NCBI GenBank assembly: GCA_964016885.1 | Contig: CAXHJY010001724.1 | Span: forward strand, 1 to 61,924 | Length of the DNA stretch: 61,924 bases | From: Eledone cirrhosa | Taxonomy: Eukaryota | Reading direction: 5' to 3' | Shown: piece by piece, positions 28,718 through 47,018 of the stretch | Layout: the number at the start of each line of letters is the position of its first letter | Position numbering within the stretch: position 1 is the stretch's first letter | Notes under the pieces: model-generated | The model's input: the letters and a program-made list of their open reading frames with translations, nothing else | What the model was told of the DNA's origin: nothing | The model's database searches: none | Program-made: the position numbers and the translations under genes

Positions 28718-28872
28718 GATTTAAAACTGCACTATCCACAAGTGTTTTTTAGCCTTCATATCATGTTCTCCTGTTTTATCTGATGAAAACACAAATATTA
28801 TTGCATGATGATGTTTGTTTTTGAAATGCAAATAATCAAATACATGGAACTACTTTAACCATCTTTTGATCT

Positions 28873-28880
<8 letters not shown>
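28718..28880 (+). mobile_element. Short hammerhead-bearing repeat, copy 1 of 3
   Basis: CTGATGA at 28780; colinear with 29700-29860 and 59385-59553; ends in (TA)n. Confidence 0.7.
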
Positions 28881-28906
<26 letters not shown>

Positions 28907-28911
<5 letters not shown>

Positions 28912-29130
28912 GTAAACAGAAATAACAACACAATCCGTACAGTATATGGAAGGGATATATTAGGTTAATGCTTGATATAGCAGGGAGAAGGTCTTAACGT
29001 TTCGGGCGCTAGTCCTTCATCAGAAGAAAGAATGAGAAATTAGATAGATTGAGGGGCCGGTTGGGTTGGAATAGGAAAAAATGACTTTAGATAAAAATAA
29101 CAGGTCCATTCATGTTGACATCTCTTGCAA
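28907..29130 (-). mobile_element. Short hammerhead-bearing repeat (family shared with 58447-58665)
   Basis: Minus strand tctt CTGATGA aggac tagc gccc GAAAC GTT aaga (core 29023-28999); colinear with 58447-58665. Confidence 0.75.
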
Positions 29131-29435
29131 AACTGTTGATACTGGCGTTTTGTGTATGATCTATTTTTTTTAGAAAAGTGTATGATGAAGCGCGTCTACA
29201 TGAAATGGAAAAAAATCGTTTTGTAAAAGGCTATACTTGTGCACGTGCGTAAGCATGTGTGTGTGTGTGTTATTATACGCCCGTGTATATGTGAGTAATA
29301 TAGTGTATGTGCATATAAGTATGAAGCTATGAGCAAAAGTATGTTAATATAAGGGTGTCTATGTGTGTATACAGAGCAGTGAAGGGAAAAGTGAAGTGAG
29401 CATATATAGTCGGCATGTATTAGTTGTAAGGGAAG

Positions 29436-29484
<49 letters not shown>

Positions 29485-29485
29485 C

Positions 29486-29645
<160 letters not shown>

Positions 29646-29699
29646 CTTCACTTACAACTAATACATGCCGACTATATATGTTGATTTAACATATATATG

Positions 29700-29859
29700 T
29701 TGATTTAAAACTGCACTATCCACAAGTGTTTTTAACCTTCATATCATGTCTTCCTATTTTATCTGATGAAAACACAAATGTTATTGCATAATGATATTTG
29801 TTTTTGAAATGCGCATAATAAAATAGATGGAACTCATTTAACCATCTTTTGATCTTATA

Positions 29860-29860
<1 letters not shown>
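29700..29860 (+). mobile_element. Short hammerhead-bearing repeat, copy 2 of 3
   Basis: ttttat CTGATGA aaacacaaat...atttgttttt GAAA tgcgca TA^ataaaa (core 29763-29817). Confidence 0.75.
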
Positions 29861-33209
<3,349 letters not shown>

Positions 33210-33400
33210 GTGAAGGCGTGTGGCTGAGTGGTTAGAGAATTGGATTCGCAATCGTATGGTCGTGAGTTCGATTCCTGGACCTTGCGATGTGTTATGTCCT
33301 TGGGCAAGACACTTTATTTCACGTTGCTCCTTCTACCTGGAGTTGCGACCGATAGATAGTGTTAGCAATTGGAAAGACCATCGAAAGTCGATCGTTCCTA
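33210..33400 (+). mobile_element. SINE family A
   Basis: GTGGCTGAGTGG...GAGTTCGATTCC...GTCCTTGGGCAAGACACTTTA; in (TA)n. Confidence 0.82.
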
Positions 33401-33425
33401 TATATATATAAATATATATGTATAA

Positions 33426-33460
<35 letters not shown>

Positions 33461-33565
33461 AATATATATACATATATTTATATATATATATATTTATATA
33501 CATATATATATTAATATATATACATATATATATATATATATAAATATATATACTTATAAATATAT

Positions 33566-33597
<32 letters not shown>

Positions 33598-34176
33598 ATA
33601 TACATATATATGCATATAAATATATATACATATTTATGTATATACATGTATATATATATACATATTTAAATATATATACATATATATATATATACATATT
33701 TAAATATATATACATATATATGTATATACCTATATATATATATATACACATATATATAAATATTTAAATATATATATACATATATAAATATATCAACACA
33801 TATAAATATATATACATATATATGTATATACATACATGTATAAATATATATACAAATATATACATATATACATATTATGTACGGCAACTCTCATCTTTTT
33901 CCATTTCTCCGAGGGTTATAAACCCCACTATCAGGCTAGAAATTTCATTTTGTCTAAAATACGGTGAAAGCTTATAATCTCTAATTTCTAATATATACAT
34001 ATATAAATATATATACATATATATATACATATATACATATATAAATATATATACATACATAAATATATATACATATATAAATATATATAAACTTTTGAGT
34101 GCTCTATATCAGTTATAAACGTTTAAGTTTCTTGGAATCCCAACAAATTAAATATAACTTCTGCATATATATATAT

Positions 34177-34256
<80 letters not shown>

Positions 34257-34477
34257 GTATATAGATGTATATACACACTAAACATTAACAGATATTTACT
34301 CTCACCACATCTGATAAGATGGTGTGATGAAACTATACGGTATAGTAAATGGACATTTGTCATAAAATCAGCTATCACTTCCAGCCATAAATCTTTCTCA
34401 CTTACTTCCCTTACCCATTTCTTTACCCACCCTCATACACATATTATTTCAACTCTCTCACTCCTTCATTCTGTCTT

Positions 34478-34513
<36 letters not shown>

Positions 34514-34547
34514 TATGTGTGTGTGTGTGTGTATATATGTGTATATA

Positions 34548-34598
<51 letters not shown>

Positions 34599-34713
34599 AT
34601 ATATATATGTATATATATGTATATATATATATATGTATATATATATGTATATATATGTGTATATATATATATATGTATATATATATATGTGTATATATAT
34701 ATGTATATATATG

Positions 34714-34765
<52 letters not shown>

Positions 34766-34766
34766 C

Positions 34767-34801
<35 letters not shown>

Positions 34802-34867
34802 CACATATATATAAACATATATATATATATATGTATATATATGTGTATATATATATGTATATATATG

Positions 34868-34898
<31 letters not shown>

Positions 34899-35804
34899 GT
34901 GTATATATATATGTATATATGTATGTATATATATATATACATATATATATATCTATATATATGTGTGTGTGTATGTGTGTATATGAGTGTATACACATAG
35001 ATATATATTTGCATACATATATACGTATGTATATATATATATATATATGTATGTATATATATATTGTGTGTGTGTGTATTAGTGTATACACATTGATATA
35101 TATTTGCATACATATATACGTATGTAAGTACACATGTATATATACATCTATATACACGTGTATATACACATGTATATACACGTGTATATACATGTGTATA
35201 TATATAACTTCATTCTACTTTATTGTTTGCTTTGTTGTCTTCCGTTTAATTTTCGCTTACACCCGCACACAGACGTATATATAAACCCACCCACATACCC
35301 ATACACGGACCTACCGACACACACCTACACGCACACTCAGAGGCACACATCCACACATCCTAAACCCCTCCCACCAAACACCCAGACATATACACTGACA
35401 CACAATCAGACACGCTCCATCTAAGAAATTGCTCTCGCATTTTATTAAGGTATTTGTCCCCCTGGGGCTATATTAAAATTAAAAGATACTTTTCCAGTCT
35501 AGTGCACCGCAAATTTGATTGTTTCGACGTGAAATTCTTAACTAAACAGTCATGTTTTCTGCTTGTGAAAATATGTGTAATTCTATTTAGCTATGGGCTT
35601 GTATGTTTAAACGTGGGTGGCGTTTCGGATAAGGTGTTCATCTTCCCATCATTTAAGACTGCGTAGTATTGCTTGCGGCGCATTGTGTTCTTAAGCAAAA
35701 CACTTTACTTCCCGTTGTTTCACTTCGCTCAGCTGGTAGAAAAGAAATTGTGAAGTGTAATTCAAAGCGACCAGCCTTCTAATACACTGTGTACGGTACA
35801 TAGA

Positions 35805-36023
35805 GAGTCGAGCGACTTTTCGTCAAATTGGACCGAGGAAATAAGGTTTCCATTGGTCTTTCCAATTGCTAATACTCTCTGTCGGTCGCAACTCCAGGTA
35901 GAAAAAGCAACGTGAAATAAATTTCTTGTCCAAGGCCATAACGCATCGCTCGGTCCGGGAATCGAACTCATAACCTCACGATTGTGAATCCAATTGTCTA
36001 ACCACTCAGCCACACGCCTTCAC
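35805..36023 (-). mobile_element. SINE family A
   Basis: Colinear with 3243-3461. Confidence 0.8.
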
Positions 36024-36096
36024 GGTACATATATATATATTTATAATTGTACGTACCCACACACACTAACTCACTTACACACACATATATAAACTA

Positions 36097-36826
36097 TACA
36101 AGGATTGCCTGAAATATTCATAGGCGGACTATGAAGGATTGATGCTAGGGCTGGGAAATCCTGCATACATTAGTTTCTATTCTTCTTATTAATGACTGCA
36201 TTGTTGCTTTCCAGGGACTAGGTTGAAAAATAAACCCCACTTTGTCATTCCGTGAGAGTACCTTGGTCATAAGCTGATTATGAAAGAGAGACGATAGAGC
36301 GTTGAAATTTCAATTGTTGAATTGGCAGTATCGGTAGAGGGCCGGATGCCATGCTTTCCAGCATAGTTACGTCCCTTTATGGTCTGAGTTCAAATCTCGT
36401 CGAGGTTAGCTTTGCCTTTCATCCTTACGGGGGTCGATAAAATAAAGTACCAGTAATGCACTGGGCATTTGCTGGCATTGTGCCAAAAGTAGAAACAGTT
36501 AATTTCAACTATTCTTATTAAAAACTGCATTGTTTCTTTCCAACGTTTAAAAAATAAACAGCATTTGGTCATTCCGTGAGAGTATCTTGGTCAATCTATG
36601 AACTTTTCAGATGACACTCGTATACAGTAGTAATATTAGAACTGAGAGTATATTGCTCATATGCTAACTATGAAGGAGTGATGCTAGAGCTGTGAAATCT
36701 TGCATTCATTAATTTCAACGATATTTATCAATAATTGCATCTTTCTTCCAAGAGAGAATATTTAAAATTAATCGTAATTTCGTAATTCCTTGAGTCAGCC
36801 TATAAACTTGTTAGCCGACCTTCGTA
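36097..36826. mobile_element. Cluster of Tc1/mariner-like MITE remnants (interrupted by SINE B)
   Basis: Left end TA-CAAGGATTGCCTGAAATATTCATAGGC; right ends CTATGAACTTTTCAGATGACACTCG-TA (36622) and CCTATAAACTTGTTAGCCGACCTTCG-TA (36826); internal segment present three times. Confidence 0.55.
36321..36497 (+). mobile_element. tRNA-derived SINE family B
   Basis: TGGCAGTATCGG...GAGTTCAAATC...TTGCCTTTCATCCTTACGGGGTCGATAAAATAAAGTACCAG. Confidence 0.8.
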
Positions 36827-36917
36827 CACAAATATTCTCAATAAACAACATATAGATACACCTATACTGATAGACATATCAAGCCACGATCATATAACTG
36901 TTTTATTGAACCTTCAG

Positions 36918-37292
36918 TTGGTCGATGTGTGCTACACAAGAATGCTGAGGATGGTTCTGAACATTAATCAGTATACACTGAGGATGAAGTACTTAGAGCT
37001 GTACGGGAACCTCCCAAAAGTCAGCTCGAAAGTAGCACAGAGGAGAGTGAGGTTAGCTGGACATGCTCACCGGCATTCAAAGTTGACACTGCACTTAGTG
37101 CTCCTGTGGGAGGCCCTGCATTGACACACTGGAAAAGGAAGACCGAGGTTGACATATGTTGATGCCCTGAGGACAGACACAAGTCTCTTGGAGACGCAGG
37201 ACATGGCAGCGATAATGAGGGACAGAAACCGCCGAAGAGGACTCGTCCATGGACCTTGGAAATTTTACCCGCCCTAGATAGATAGATAGATT
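36918..37292 (+). mobile_element. RTE-clade LINE 3' fragment, decayed
   Basis: DVCYTRMLRMVLNI...ELYGNLPKVSSKVAQRRVRLAGHAHRH...VLLWE; short (TAGA)n tail. Confidence 0.7.
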
Positions 37293-38232
37293 GAACCTTC
37301 ACCATATATTTCCTTAGATAATGAAAGCATACTCTAATTCTTCGGTAAACATTATAAAATGGAGTCTCTTAATTCAATATAATCTAACTTTTTATGCTGT
37401 TATTTACATTTTATCGATTTATTTATTTACATTTATATCTGTTTTTATTCATTTATCTCTTTATTTATTTTATACATTTATAGATATAAATATATAAAAC
37501 AAATAAAGAGATAAAGGAATAAAAACAGATATAATTTTTTATTCATTTATCTCTATTTTTTCATACATTTATATCTGTTTTTATTTATTTATGTTTTTGT
37601 TTAATGCATTTATATTTGTTTTATTTACTTATCTGTTTATTTATTTCATATATTTATATGTTTTTATTCCTTTATCTTTTTATTTCTTTTATACATTTAT
37701 ATCTGTTTTTATATACTTATCTCTTGATTTCAATTATATATTTTTATTTGTAACATTTATTTATCATTTTACTTCTTTTATATATTTATATCTGTTATAT
37801 TTATCATTTTATTTCTTTTATATGTTTATATTTGTTTTTATTTATTTATGTTTATTTGTTTCATACCTTTATATCTGTTCTGTTTATTTATCTGTTTATT
37901 TCATTCATATATTTACATTTATTTTTATCTATCACTTTTCTGTTTTTTTAAATATTCTAAATTATATTATATTGGTTTATGTTAATTTATTTTTTATATA
38001 TTTGCATTTTAATTAATTTATTTTTGTTCATATTTAAATATCAGTTTTTTTTTTGTTTTTGAATCTGAATATCCACGGAATTGTCTCTGGAAATTCCATG
38101 GTTGCTAGGAAACGTTTCAAAGCCTTGACATTATGGATTTTATTTTATAAAGGATGACAAACGTTGTTTGATATTCTTTAAAAGGAAAAAAATATATATA
38201 TTACAATAGTTTGTTGTTAATATTCAACTCTC

Positions 38233-38375
38233 AGGCGTGCTGTGAACTGGTAGAAAGAACCGTTAGAACATCTGATTACAAACAAAACATTAATTAGTGA
38301 CGGGCGTTTAAGTTCTGAGTTTCAAATCCCATCTGGGTTAAATCTGCCTTTCATCCATCTTCATACGTCGATAGA
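38233..38375 (+). mobile_element. SINE family B, diverged
   Basis: GTTCTGAGTTTCAAATCCC...TGCCTTTCATCC. Confidence 0.55.
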
Positions 38376-38604
38376 TGATGAAATGAAAAAATGCAAAACA
38401 GAAATAAAAGCTAAAGAAAACGAGTATTGCGGATTACATAACCGATCATTATATATCTGGTCACGTCCCTGCATGAGACATCAATATTTAGCTCTAAGAT
38501 GGTGGCAGAGGAGGAAAATCGTTAGTCAGCACGATAATATACACAGCGGTAACAATATACGATTATTTACATCACGTTCTCAAATTTAAATCATGCGCAG
38601 TCTC

Positions 38605-38701
38605 ACACACATAGATATGTTTGTGTGTATGTGTATATTCGTATGTTCACACACAAACACACACACAGACCCCCCCATATATATATATAAATATATATAT
38701 T

Positions 38702-38733
<32 letters not shown>

Positions 38734-39298
38734 GATATGTTTGTGTGTATGTGTATATTCGTATGTTCACACACGAACACACACACAGACCCCCCCATAT
38801 ATATATATATATACACATAGATATGTTTGTGTGTATGTGTATATTCGTATGTTCACACACAAACACACACACAACCCCCACCATATATATATATATATAC
38901 ACATATATATGTTTGTGTGTATGTGTATATTCGTATGTTCACACACGAACACACACACAGACCCCCCATATATATATATACACATAGATATGTTTGTGTG
39001 TATGTGTATATTCGTATGTTCACACACAAACACACACACAACCCCCACCATATATATATATACACATATATATGTTTGTGTGTATGTGTATATTCGTATG
39101 TTCACACACAAACACACACACAACCCCCCCTCATATATATATATACACATATATATGTTTGTGTGTATGTGTATATTCGTATGTTCACACACAAACACAC
39201 ACAACCCCCCCCATATATATATATATATATACACATATATATGTTTGTGTGTATGTGTATATTCGTATGTTCACACACAAACACACACACAGACCCCC

Positions 39299-39339
<41 letters not shown>

Positions 39340-39467
39340 GATACGTTTGTGTGTATGTGTATATTCGCATGTTCACACATACACACCCCATATATATATA
39401 TACATATATATGTTTTGGTGTATGTGTATATTCGTATGTTCACACACACAGATAGGCCCCCCCCCCC

Positions 39468-39480
<13 letters not shown>
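38605..39480. repeat. Minisatellite, unit about 80-100 bp, about 10 copies
   Basis: Recurring ATGTTTGTGTGTATGTGTATATTCGTATGTTCACACAC...CCCCC(AT)n. Confidence 0.9.
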
Positions 39481-39504
<24 letters not shown>

Positions 39505-39699
39505 AACACACATATATATATATATATGTATGTATTTCTATATATATATATAGTTAAATCTTAGACAGGAACAAAAACAGAGGGACTGTACAAATATGAG
39601 TTTATTAGGTTCACGCTTTTGAGGGGGGGGGGGGGGGCAAACGTGTGTGTGTATATATATATATGTATATATATATATTATGTATATATATATATTATG

Positions 39700-39731
<32 letters not shown>

Positions 39732-40112
39732 AATATATAAATAAATAATATATATATACATATCTATATATGTGTTTATATATATATATGTATATATATG
39801 CATACATACTCACATATATATACTTACATATGCACATACACATAGACATACATACTACATACATACACACATACATACACACAAACACACAAACACACAC
39901 ATATAACAGATATGGCCATGGCTAATTAGAATTTAAATATATATTGGTCGTCCAATGAAATAGAAACAAAAGACATCAAGGGTATGTAACTCCGCCCTTT
40001 CTTCCTCCTCTATTTTGTAATTCCATAAAAAAGGGTTTTATTTATTTACTTATATATTTATTTCAGTATGTTTATATTAGAGTAAACGAAAAGAGGGCCA
40101 TATATCTTATGA

Positions 40113-40242
40113 TCAAAGGAAATCTTCATCTGACAGATAGTAACGCAATGAAACACCGTTCTCACGATACTCGCCAGAGGGCGCTCTTGCAATATTGGAC
40201 ACAGGCCAACCAGGAAATTTCTCAGAGCTTGTGTTGCTTGAT
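40113..40242 (-). CDS. Candidate terminal coding exon of an unidentified host gene
   Basis: cctttcag| acceptor; SSNTSSEKFPGWPVSNIARAPSGEYRENGVSLRYYLSDEDFL*; phase-compatible with 46673-46728. Confidence 0.35.
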
Positions 40243-40379
40243 CTGAAAGGAATATCATGGAAATAATTTCCTGAGAACCACCACATCTTATTTCTTTAAA
40301 AAAATGAGAGGACGATTTTGAATAATGTATTCCGAGATATATTTTATCTGTATAATTCAGAGCCCCCCCCCCCTCTTAC

Positions 40380-41070
40380 ACCTAAATACCTTTAAACTTA
40401 AACTCTCCACGAAACATTTCATCTCTATAACTTAAAAACAATTTCATAACTATACCCATTAAACATTATACCCTGTAAACATTAAACTCTGCATGATACA
40501 ATTTATCTTTATAACAACAATTTCCTAACTCTACCCCATAAAACTCCCTAAAAACTCCTTAAATACTTCACCTTTATAAAAATAACAATTTCCCAACTCT
40601 ATCACCTAAATCCCCTAAAAACTCTGTAAAAATTAAAAACTCCATGACTTACTTAATCTTTATAACACAACCATTTCTTGCCCCTACCCCTTAAAACTCC
40701 CTAAAAAACCATGCGACACTTAAACACTCCATGATATACTTTATCTCTATAACACAGAAACAATTACATACATTTACCGATAAAAATCCCTTAAAAGGCC
40801 TGTAAAACTTAAACACTGCAAGGTACACTTTATCTCTATAACACAATAACAAATTCATACCTCCAACCCCTAAACCCTGCAAAATCTTAACACTCCATGG
40901 TACACTTAATCTTTATAACACAGCAATAATTTCATACCTCTAACCCCTACAATCAATCTTTATAACGCAAAAAACAATTTCATACCTCTACCCACTAAAG
41001 ACCCTAAAAGGTTTGTAAAACATAAAGACAGCATAATACATTTTATCTGTACAACACAGCAACAATTTTA
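40380..41070. repeat. Degenerate C/A-rich minisatellite, unit about 85 bp
   Basis: Recurring ATCT(T/C)TATAACAC...ATTTC...CTCTACCC...TAAAA. Confidence 0.65.
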
Positions 41071-41286
41071 ACCCTCCTGTAATCCCCAGCCCCCAATGCA
41101 TGCATGGTCCCGTAACTCTCGAGGGAATTGTAGGTTCGTCATATTGACAGAGAGCGTTTCTAAGTCATTATAAAACCTGACGGAGTCCATCTCCTATGTA
41201 GCTCTAAATACAGCAGAATTCTTCTAGAGAAGGATAGACAGTGAGGGAATGAAAGTGAGAAATATATATATAGAGGAAGAATCTAC

Positions 41287-41436
41287 CCCAGTACTTGACT
41301 GGTATAGCTTTTATTGACCTTGAAAGGATGAAAAGGAAAGTTGATCTCGGCGGGATTTGAACTCAGAGAGCAGAAAGCCTGAATTAATAACACAAAGTAT
41401 TGTATCTGATGTTCTAAAGATTCTGCCAATTCCCAC
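41287..41436 (-). mobile_element. SINE family B, diverged
   Basis: AAGGATGAAA..AAAGTTGATCTCGGCGGGATTTGAACTCAG on the plus strand. Confidence 0.65.
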
Positions 41437-41629
41437 CTTCATTCCGCAAAATCCTTGTAAATCTAAAACACTAAAAGAGTTCCTTATACTCCTAAGAAGA
41501 GAAGTCAAATCTCGAAATATTAGGACGACAGAAAGAACAAAAAATCCAAAAGATTACCAGCTAATTTATTTTCCCGTTACCCTCATCTTAACGTCAATTT
41601 TGCATTATTTAACCTGGCATCACTTCCAG

Positions 41630-42765
41630 GCTAGCCTAGTCCTATCCCTAGTCTAGACTGGCCTGGCCTCGTCTTGACTGGCCTGGCCTCGTCTAGACTG
41701 GCCTAGACTGGCCTGGCCTCGTCTAGACTGGCCTACACTGGCCTGGCCTCGTCTAGACTAGCCTAGACTGGCCTGGCCTCGTCTAGACTGGCCTAGACTG
41801 GCCTGGCCTCGTCTAGACTGGCCTAGACTGGCCTGGCCTCGTCTAGACTGGCCTAGACTGGCCTGGCCTCGTCCAGACTGGCCTAGACTGGCCTGGCCTC
41901 GTCTAGACTGGCCTAGACTGGCCTGGCCTCGTCTAGACTGGCCTAGACTGACCTGGCCTCGTCTAGACTGGCCTAGACTGGCCTGGCCTCGTCTAGACTG
42001 GCCTAGACTGACCTGGCCTCGTCCAGACTGCCCTAGACTGGCCTGGCCTCGTCTAGACTAGCCTAGACTGGCCTGGCCTGGTCTAGACTAGTCTGGCTTC
42101 GTCTAGACTGGCCTAGACTGGCCTGGCCTCGTCTAGACTGCCCTAGACTGACCTGGCCTCGTCTAGACTGCCCTAGACTGGCCTGGCCTGGTCTAGACTG
42201 CCCTAGACTGACCTGGCCTCGTCTAGACTGCCCTAGACTGGCCTGGCCTCGTCTAGACTAGTCTGGCTTCGTCTAGACTGGCCTAGACTGGCCTGGCCTC
42301 GTCTAGACTAGTCTGGCTTCGTCTAGACTGGCCTAGACTGACCTGGCCTCGTCTAGACTGCCCTAGACTGGCCTGGCCTCGTCTAGACTGGCCTAGACTG
42401 GCCTGGCCTCGTCTAGACTAGTCTGGCTTCGTCTAGACTGGCCTAGACTAACCTGGCCTCGTCTAGACTAGTCTGGCTTCGTCTAGACTGGCCTAGACTG
42501 GCCTGGCCTCGTCTAGACTAGTCTGGCTTCGTCTAGACTGGCCTAGACTGGCCTGGCCTCGTCTAGACTAGTCTGGCTTCGTCTAGACTGGCCTAGACTG
42601 ACCTGGCCTCGTCTAGACTGCCCTAGACTGGCCTGGCCTCGTCTAGACTAGTCTGGCTTCGTCTAGACTGGCCTAGACTGGCCTGGCCTCGTCTAGACTG
42701 CCCTAGACTGGCCTGGCCTCGTCTAGACTGGCCTAGACTGGCCTGGCCTCGTCTCGTCTCGTCTC
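41630..42765. repeat. GC-rich 30-bp minisatellite built from 5-mers
   Basis: (GTCTAGACTGGCCTAGACTGGCCTGGCCTC)n with 20-bp variant GTCTAGACTAGTCTGGCTTC. Confidence 0.95.
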
Positions 42766-43401
42766 TAAATTGAAATTATTGAAAGTTGGCAAAGTTATGT
42801 GTGTGTGTGTGTGTGTTTATATACGCGTGATTGTCTCTGTGTGTTTGTATGTGCATGTATGTGATGGTGTGTGTTTGTATGTGTTTTTGTGTATGTGGGT
42901 GCACGTGTGTGCACGTGTGCGTGCGTTGGTGTGCGATTGTGTGTGGGTATGTGTTTGTGTGCGCATGTATGTGTTTATGTGTGATTGTGTGTGTGTTTGT
43001 GATGTGTGTGTAATTGTGTGTTTGTGTGCGTGTGATTGTATAACTGTGTTTCTGATGTGTGTGTTTGTGTGTGTGTGTATGTGTGGTTGTGTTTGTGTGT
43101 GTGTTTGTGTGTGTGGTCAGGAGACGGGATTCTGTTTTCCTTTAGCCAATGTCAAACAAAAAATAGTAAGGTTGAAAATTACACACACACACACACACTC
43201 TCTCTCTTTCTCACACACACACACGCGCACACACACACACAGACACATATTGCCATCAACACAAGTATACACACCCTCACACTCATATACACTCATACAA
43301 ACACACTTGTCACACTCATACATATATACACTTATACAAACACACACACTCACACACACACATGTATACACGTATATACACACTTTCCATCAACACATGC
43401 A

Positions 43402-43437
<36 letters not shown>

Positions 43438-43479
43438 TACAGGTATACAAGTACACACATACACACACACATTTGTTAT

Positions 43480-44495
43480 CATCACACAGATACACTCTCA
43501 CACTCATACACATATACATTCATACAAACTTGTCATCTACACACTTACAAACACGAATACACACACACACATTCACTCACACACACACTCACACACACAT
43601 ATACTCACATACACACTCATACAGGTATACACATATACACATACTTGCCATCAAGACACACACACTCTCACACTCATACACATATACATTCATACAAACA
43701 AACTTGTCATCTACACACTTACAAACACGCATACACACACACATTCACTCACACACACATACACTCACATCCACACTCATACAGGTATTCACATATACAC
43801 ATACTTGCCATCAAGACACACACACACACACACACACTCTCACACTGATACACATATACATTCATACAAACAAACTTGTCATCTACACACTTACAAACAC
43901 GCATACGCACACATATTCACTCACACACACTCACACACACATACACACTCATACAGGTATTCACATATACACATACTTGCCATCAAGACACACACACACA
44001 CACTCTCACACTCATACACATATACATTCATACAAATACACTTGTCATCTACATACTTACAAACACGCATACACACACACATTCACTCACACACACATAC
44101 ACTCACATCCACACTCATACAGGTATTCACATATACACATACTTGCCATCAAGACACACACACAGACACACACTCTCTCACACTCATACAGATATACATT
44201 CATACAAACACACTTGTCATCTACACACTTACAAACACGCATACACACACATATTCACTCACACACACTCACACACACATACACACTCATACAGGTATTC
44301 ACATATACACATACTTGCCATCAAGACACACACACACACACACTCTCACACTCATACAGATATACATTCATACAAACACACTTGTCATCTACACACTTAC
44401 AAACACACATACACACACATAATCACATATACACACACTCACACACACATACACACTCATACAGGTATTCACATATACACATACTTGCCATCAAG

Positions 44496-44528
<33 letters not shown>

Positions 44529-45009
44529 CATACAGATATACATTCATACAAACACACTTGTCATCTACACACTTACAAACACGCATACACACACATATTC
44601 ACTCACACACACTCACACACACATACACACTCATACAGGTATTCACATATACACATACTTGCCATCAAGACACACACACACACACACTCTCACACTCATA
44701 CAGATATACATTCATACAAATACACTTGTCATCTACACACTTACAAACACGCATACACACACATATTCACTCACACACACTCACACACACATACACACTC
44801 ATACAGGTATTCACATATACACATACTTGCCATCAAGACACACAAACACACACACACTCTCACACTCATGCAGATATACATTCATACAAACACACTTGTC
44901 ATCTACACACTTACAAACACGCATACACACACATATTCACATATACACACACTCACACACACATACACACTCATACAGGTATTCACATATACACATACTT
45001 GCCATCAAG

Positions 45010-45030
<21 letters not shown>
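43480..45030. repeat. CA-derived minisatellite, unit about 170 bp, about 9 copies
   Basis: CTTGCCATCAAGAC recurs every 160-174 bp. Confidence 0.9.
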
Positions 45031-45043
<13 letters not shown>

Positions 45044-45637
45044 ACATACACATACATATACATGAACAAAATCTGATATATATCTTAGTCCGCGTATAAG
45101 TACACCTTAGTAAAGATCTAACCTACATCATGAGAACGCACAATCGACATTTGCCACGGGGCCGGAAACGAAAGCAGAACCAATTACATCGGTGTATAAA
45201 ATTAAGCTTTGATGTTTTTCACCGGTTTTCTTCCAGATCCTTCATTAAACTTCAAGTATTTACTTTAAATCAAGTGATGAGGATGAATAAGAAAATGACG
45301 ACGAAAGAAGCAAGTTGGAAAAACAAACAAACAAAACAAAACAAACAACAAAAGCAAAATATTTTTATATATATGTATATATGTGTGTGTGTATATATGT
45401 ATATATATATATGTACATATATATATATATGTGTATATATATATATATGTATATATATATGTGTATATATATATATATATGTGCATATATATATATTTAT
45501 ATATATATATATGTATATATATATATGTATATATATATGTATATATATATATATCTATATCAATATATATATATATGTGTACATATATATATATATGTAC
45601 ATATATATATATGTACATATATATATATATATATATG

Positions 45638-45674
<37 letters not shown>

Positions 45675-45711
45675 GTACATATGTATATATATATATATGT
45701 ATCTATCTATC

Positions 45712-45743
<32 letters not shown>

Positions 45744-45831
45744 TGTGAATATATATGTGTGTATATATATGTATATGTATATATGTGTATATATATATAT
45801 GTATATATATATATGTGTATATATGTATCTG

Positions 45832-45866
<35 letters not shown>

Positions 45867-45909
45867 GTGTATATATATATGTATATATATATGTATATAT
45901 ATATATATG

Positions 45910-45940
<31 letters not shown>

Positions 45941-45953
45941 GTATATATATATG

Positions 45954-46178
<225 letters not shown>

Positions 46179-46181
46179 GTA

Positions 46182-46228
<47 letters not shown>

Positions 46229-46371
46229 ACATATTATATATATATATATCTACATATATATATATCTACATATATATAAATATATATCTACATATGATAT
46301 ATAAATATATACATATATACATATACATATATATACATATATACATACATATACATATATATCATATATAA

Positions 46372-46457
<86 letters not shown>

Positions 46458-46672
46458 CATATATATATAAATATATATATATATACATACATATATATAT
46501 ATATATACATATACATACATATACATATATATATATATACAGATATATACATATACATATATATCATATATAAATATATATAGACTGAAAAAACAAACAA
46601 ACAAACAACAAAACCAAACATTTTAAAAATTAAAGTTAATCAACAAAGTAAAAAGAAAACCACGTGACTCAC

Positions 46673-46728
46673 TTATTCATGGACGTCGTTTGTTGTAGCA
46701 CAGAGGGTAGAAATGTACTGATGATTCT
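46673..46728 (-). CDS. Candidate internal exon of an unidentified host gene
   Basis: catttttag-type acceptor and |gtgagt donor; open frame RIISTFLPSVLQQTTSMN, ends phase 2. Confidence 0.35.
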
Positions 46729-46941
46729 CTAAAATGATTGGTTGGTCGGTAGGTAGATTGCTTGGGTGGTTGTGTGGTTTGGGTAGTTGTGAAGGTCGTG
46801 TGTTAGTGTTTGAGTCTAATGAGAATTAAACCAATATCGCCATACGGGATTTTCAAATGTAATCACAAAATTAATAGAGCGACAGAACTTAAAAGTATTC
46901 CTCGCGGAACAAATATATTCACACACTCACACACCGACGCG

Positions 46942-47016
<75 letters not shown>

Positions 47017-47018
<2 letters not shown>

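Noticed and set aside
33210-33290. tRNA-like sequence with A and B boxes
   Set aside because: No complete cloverleaf; continues into a SINE body present in several copies
41630-42765. CRISPR-like appearance of regular palindromic repeats
   Set aside because: Contiguous tandem units without unique spacers, no cas genes, eukaryotic context
42770-45099. ORFs of 400-570 aa rich in His/Thr
   Set aside because: Derived from the CA-based minisatellite
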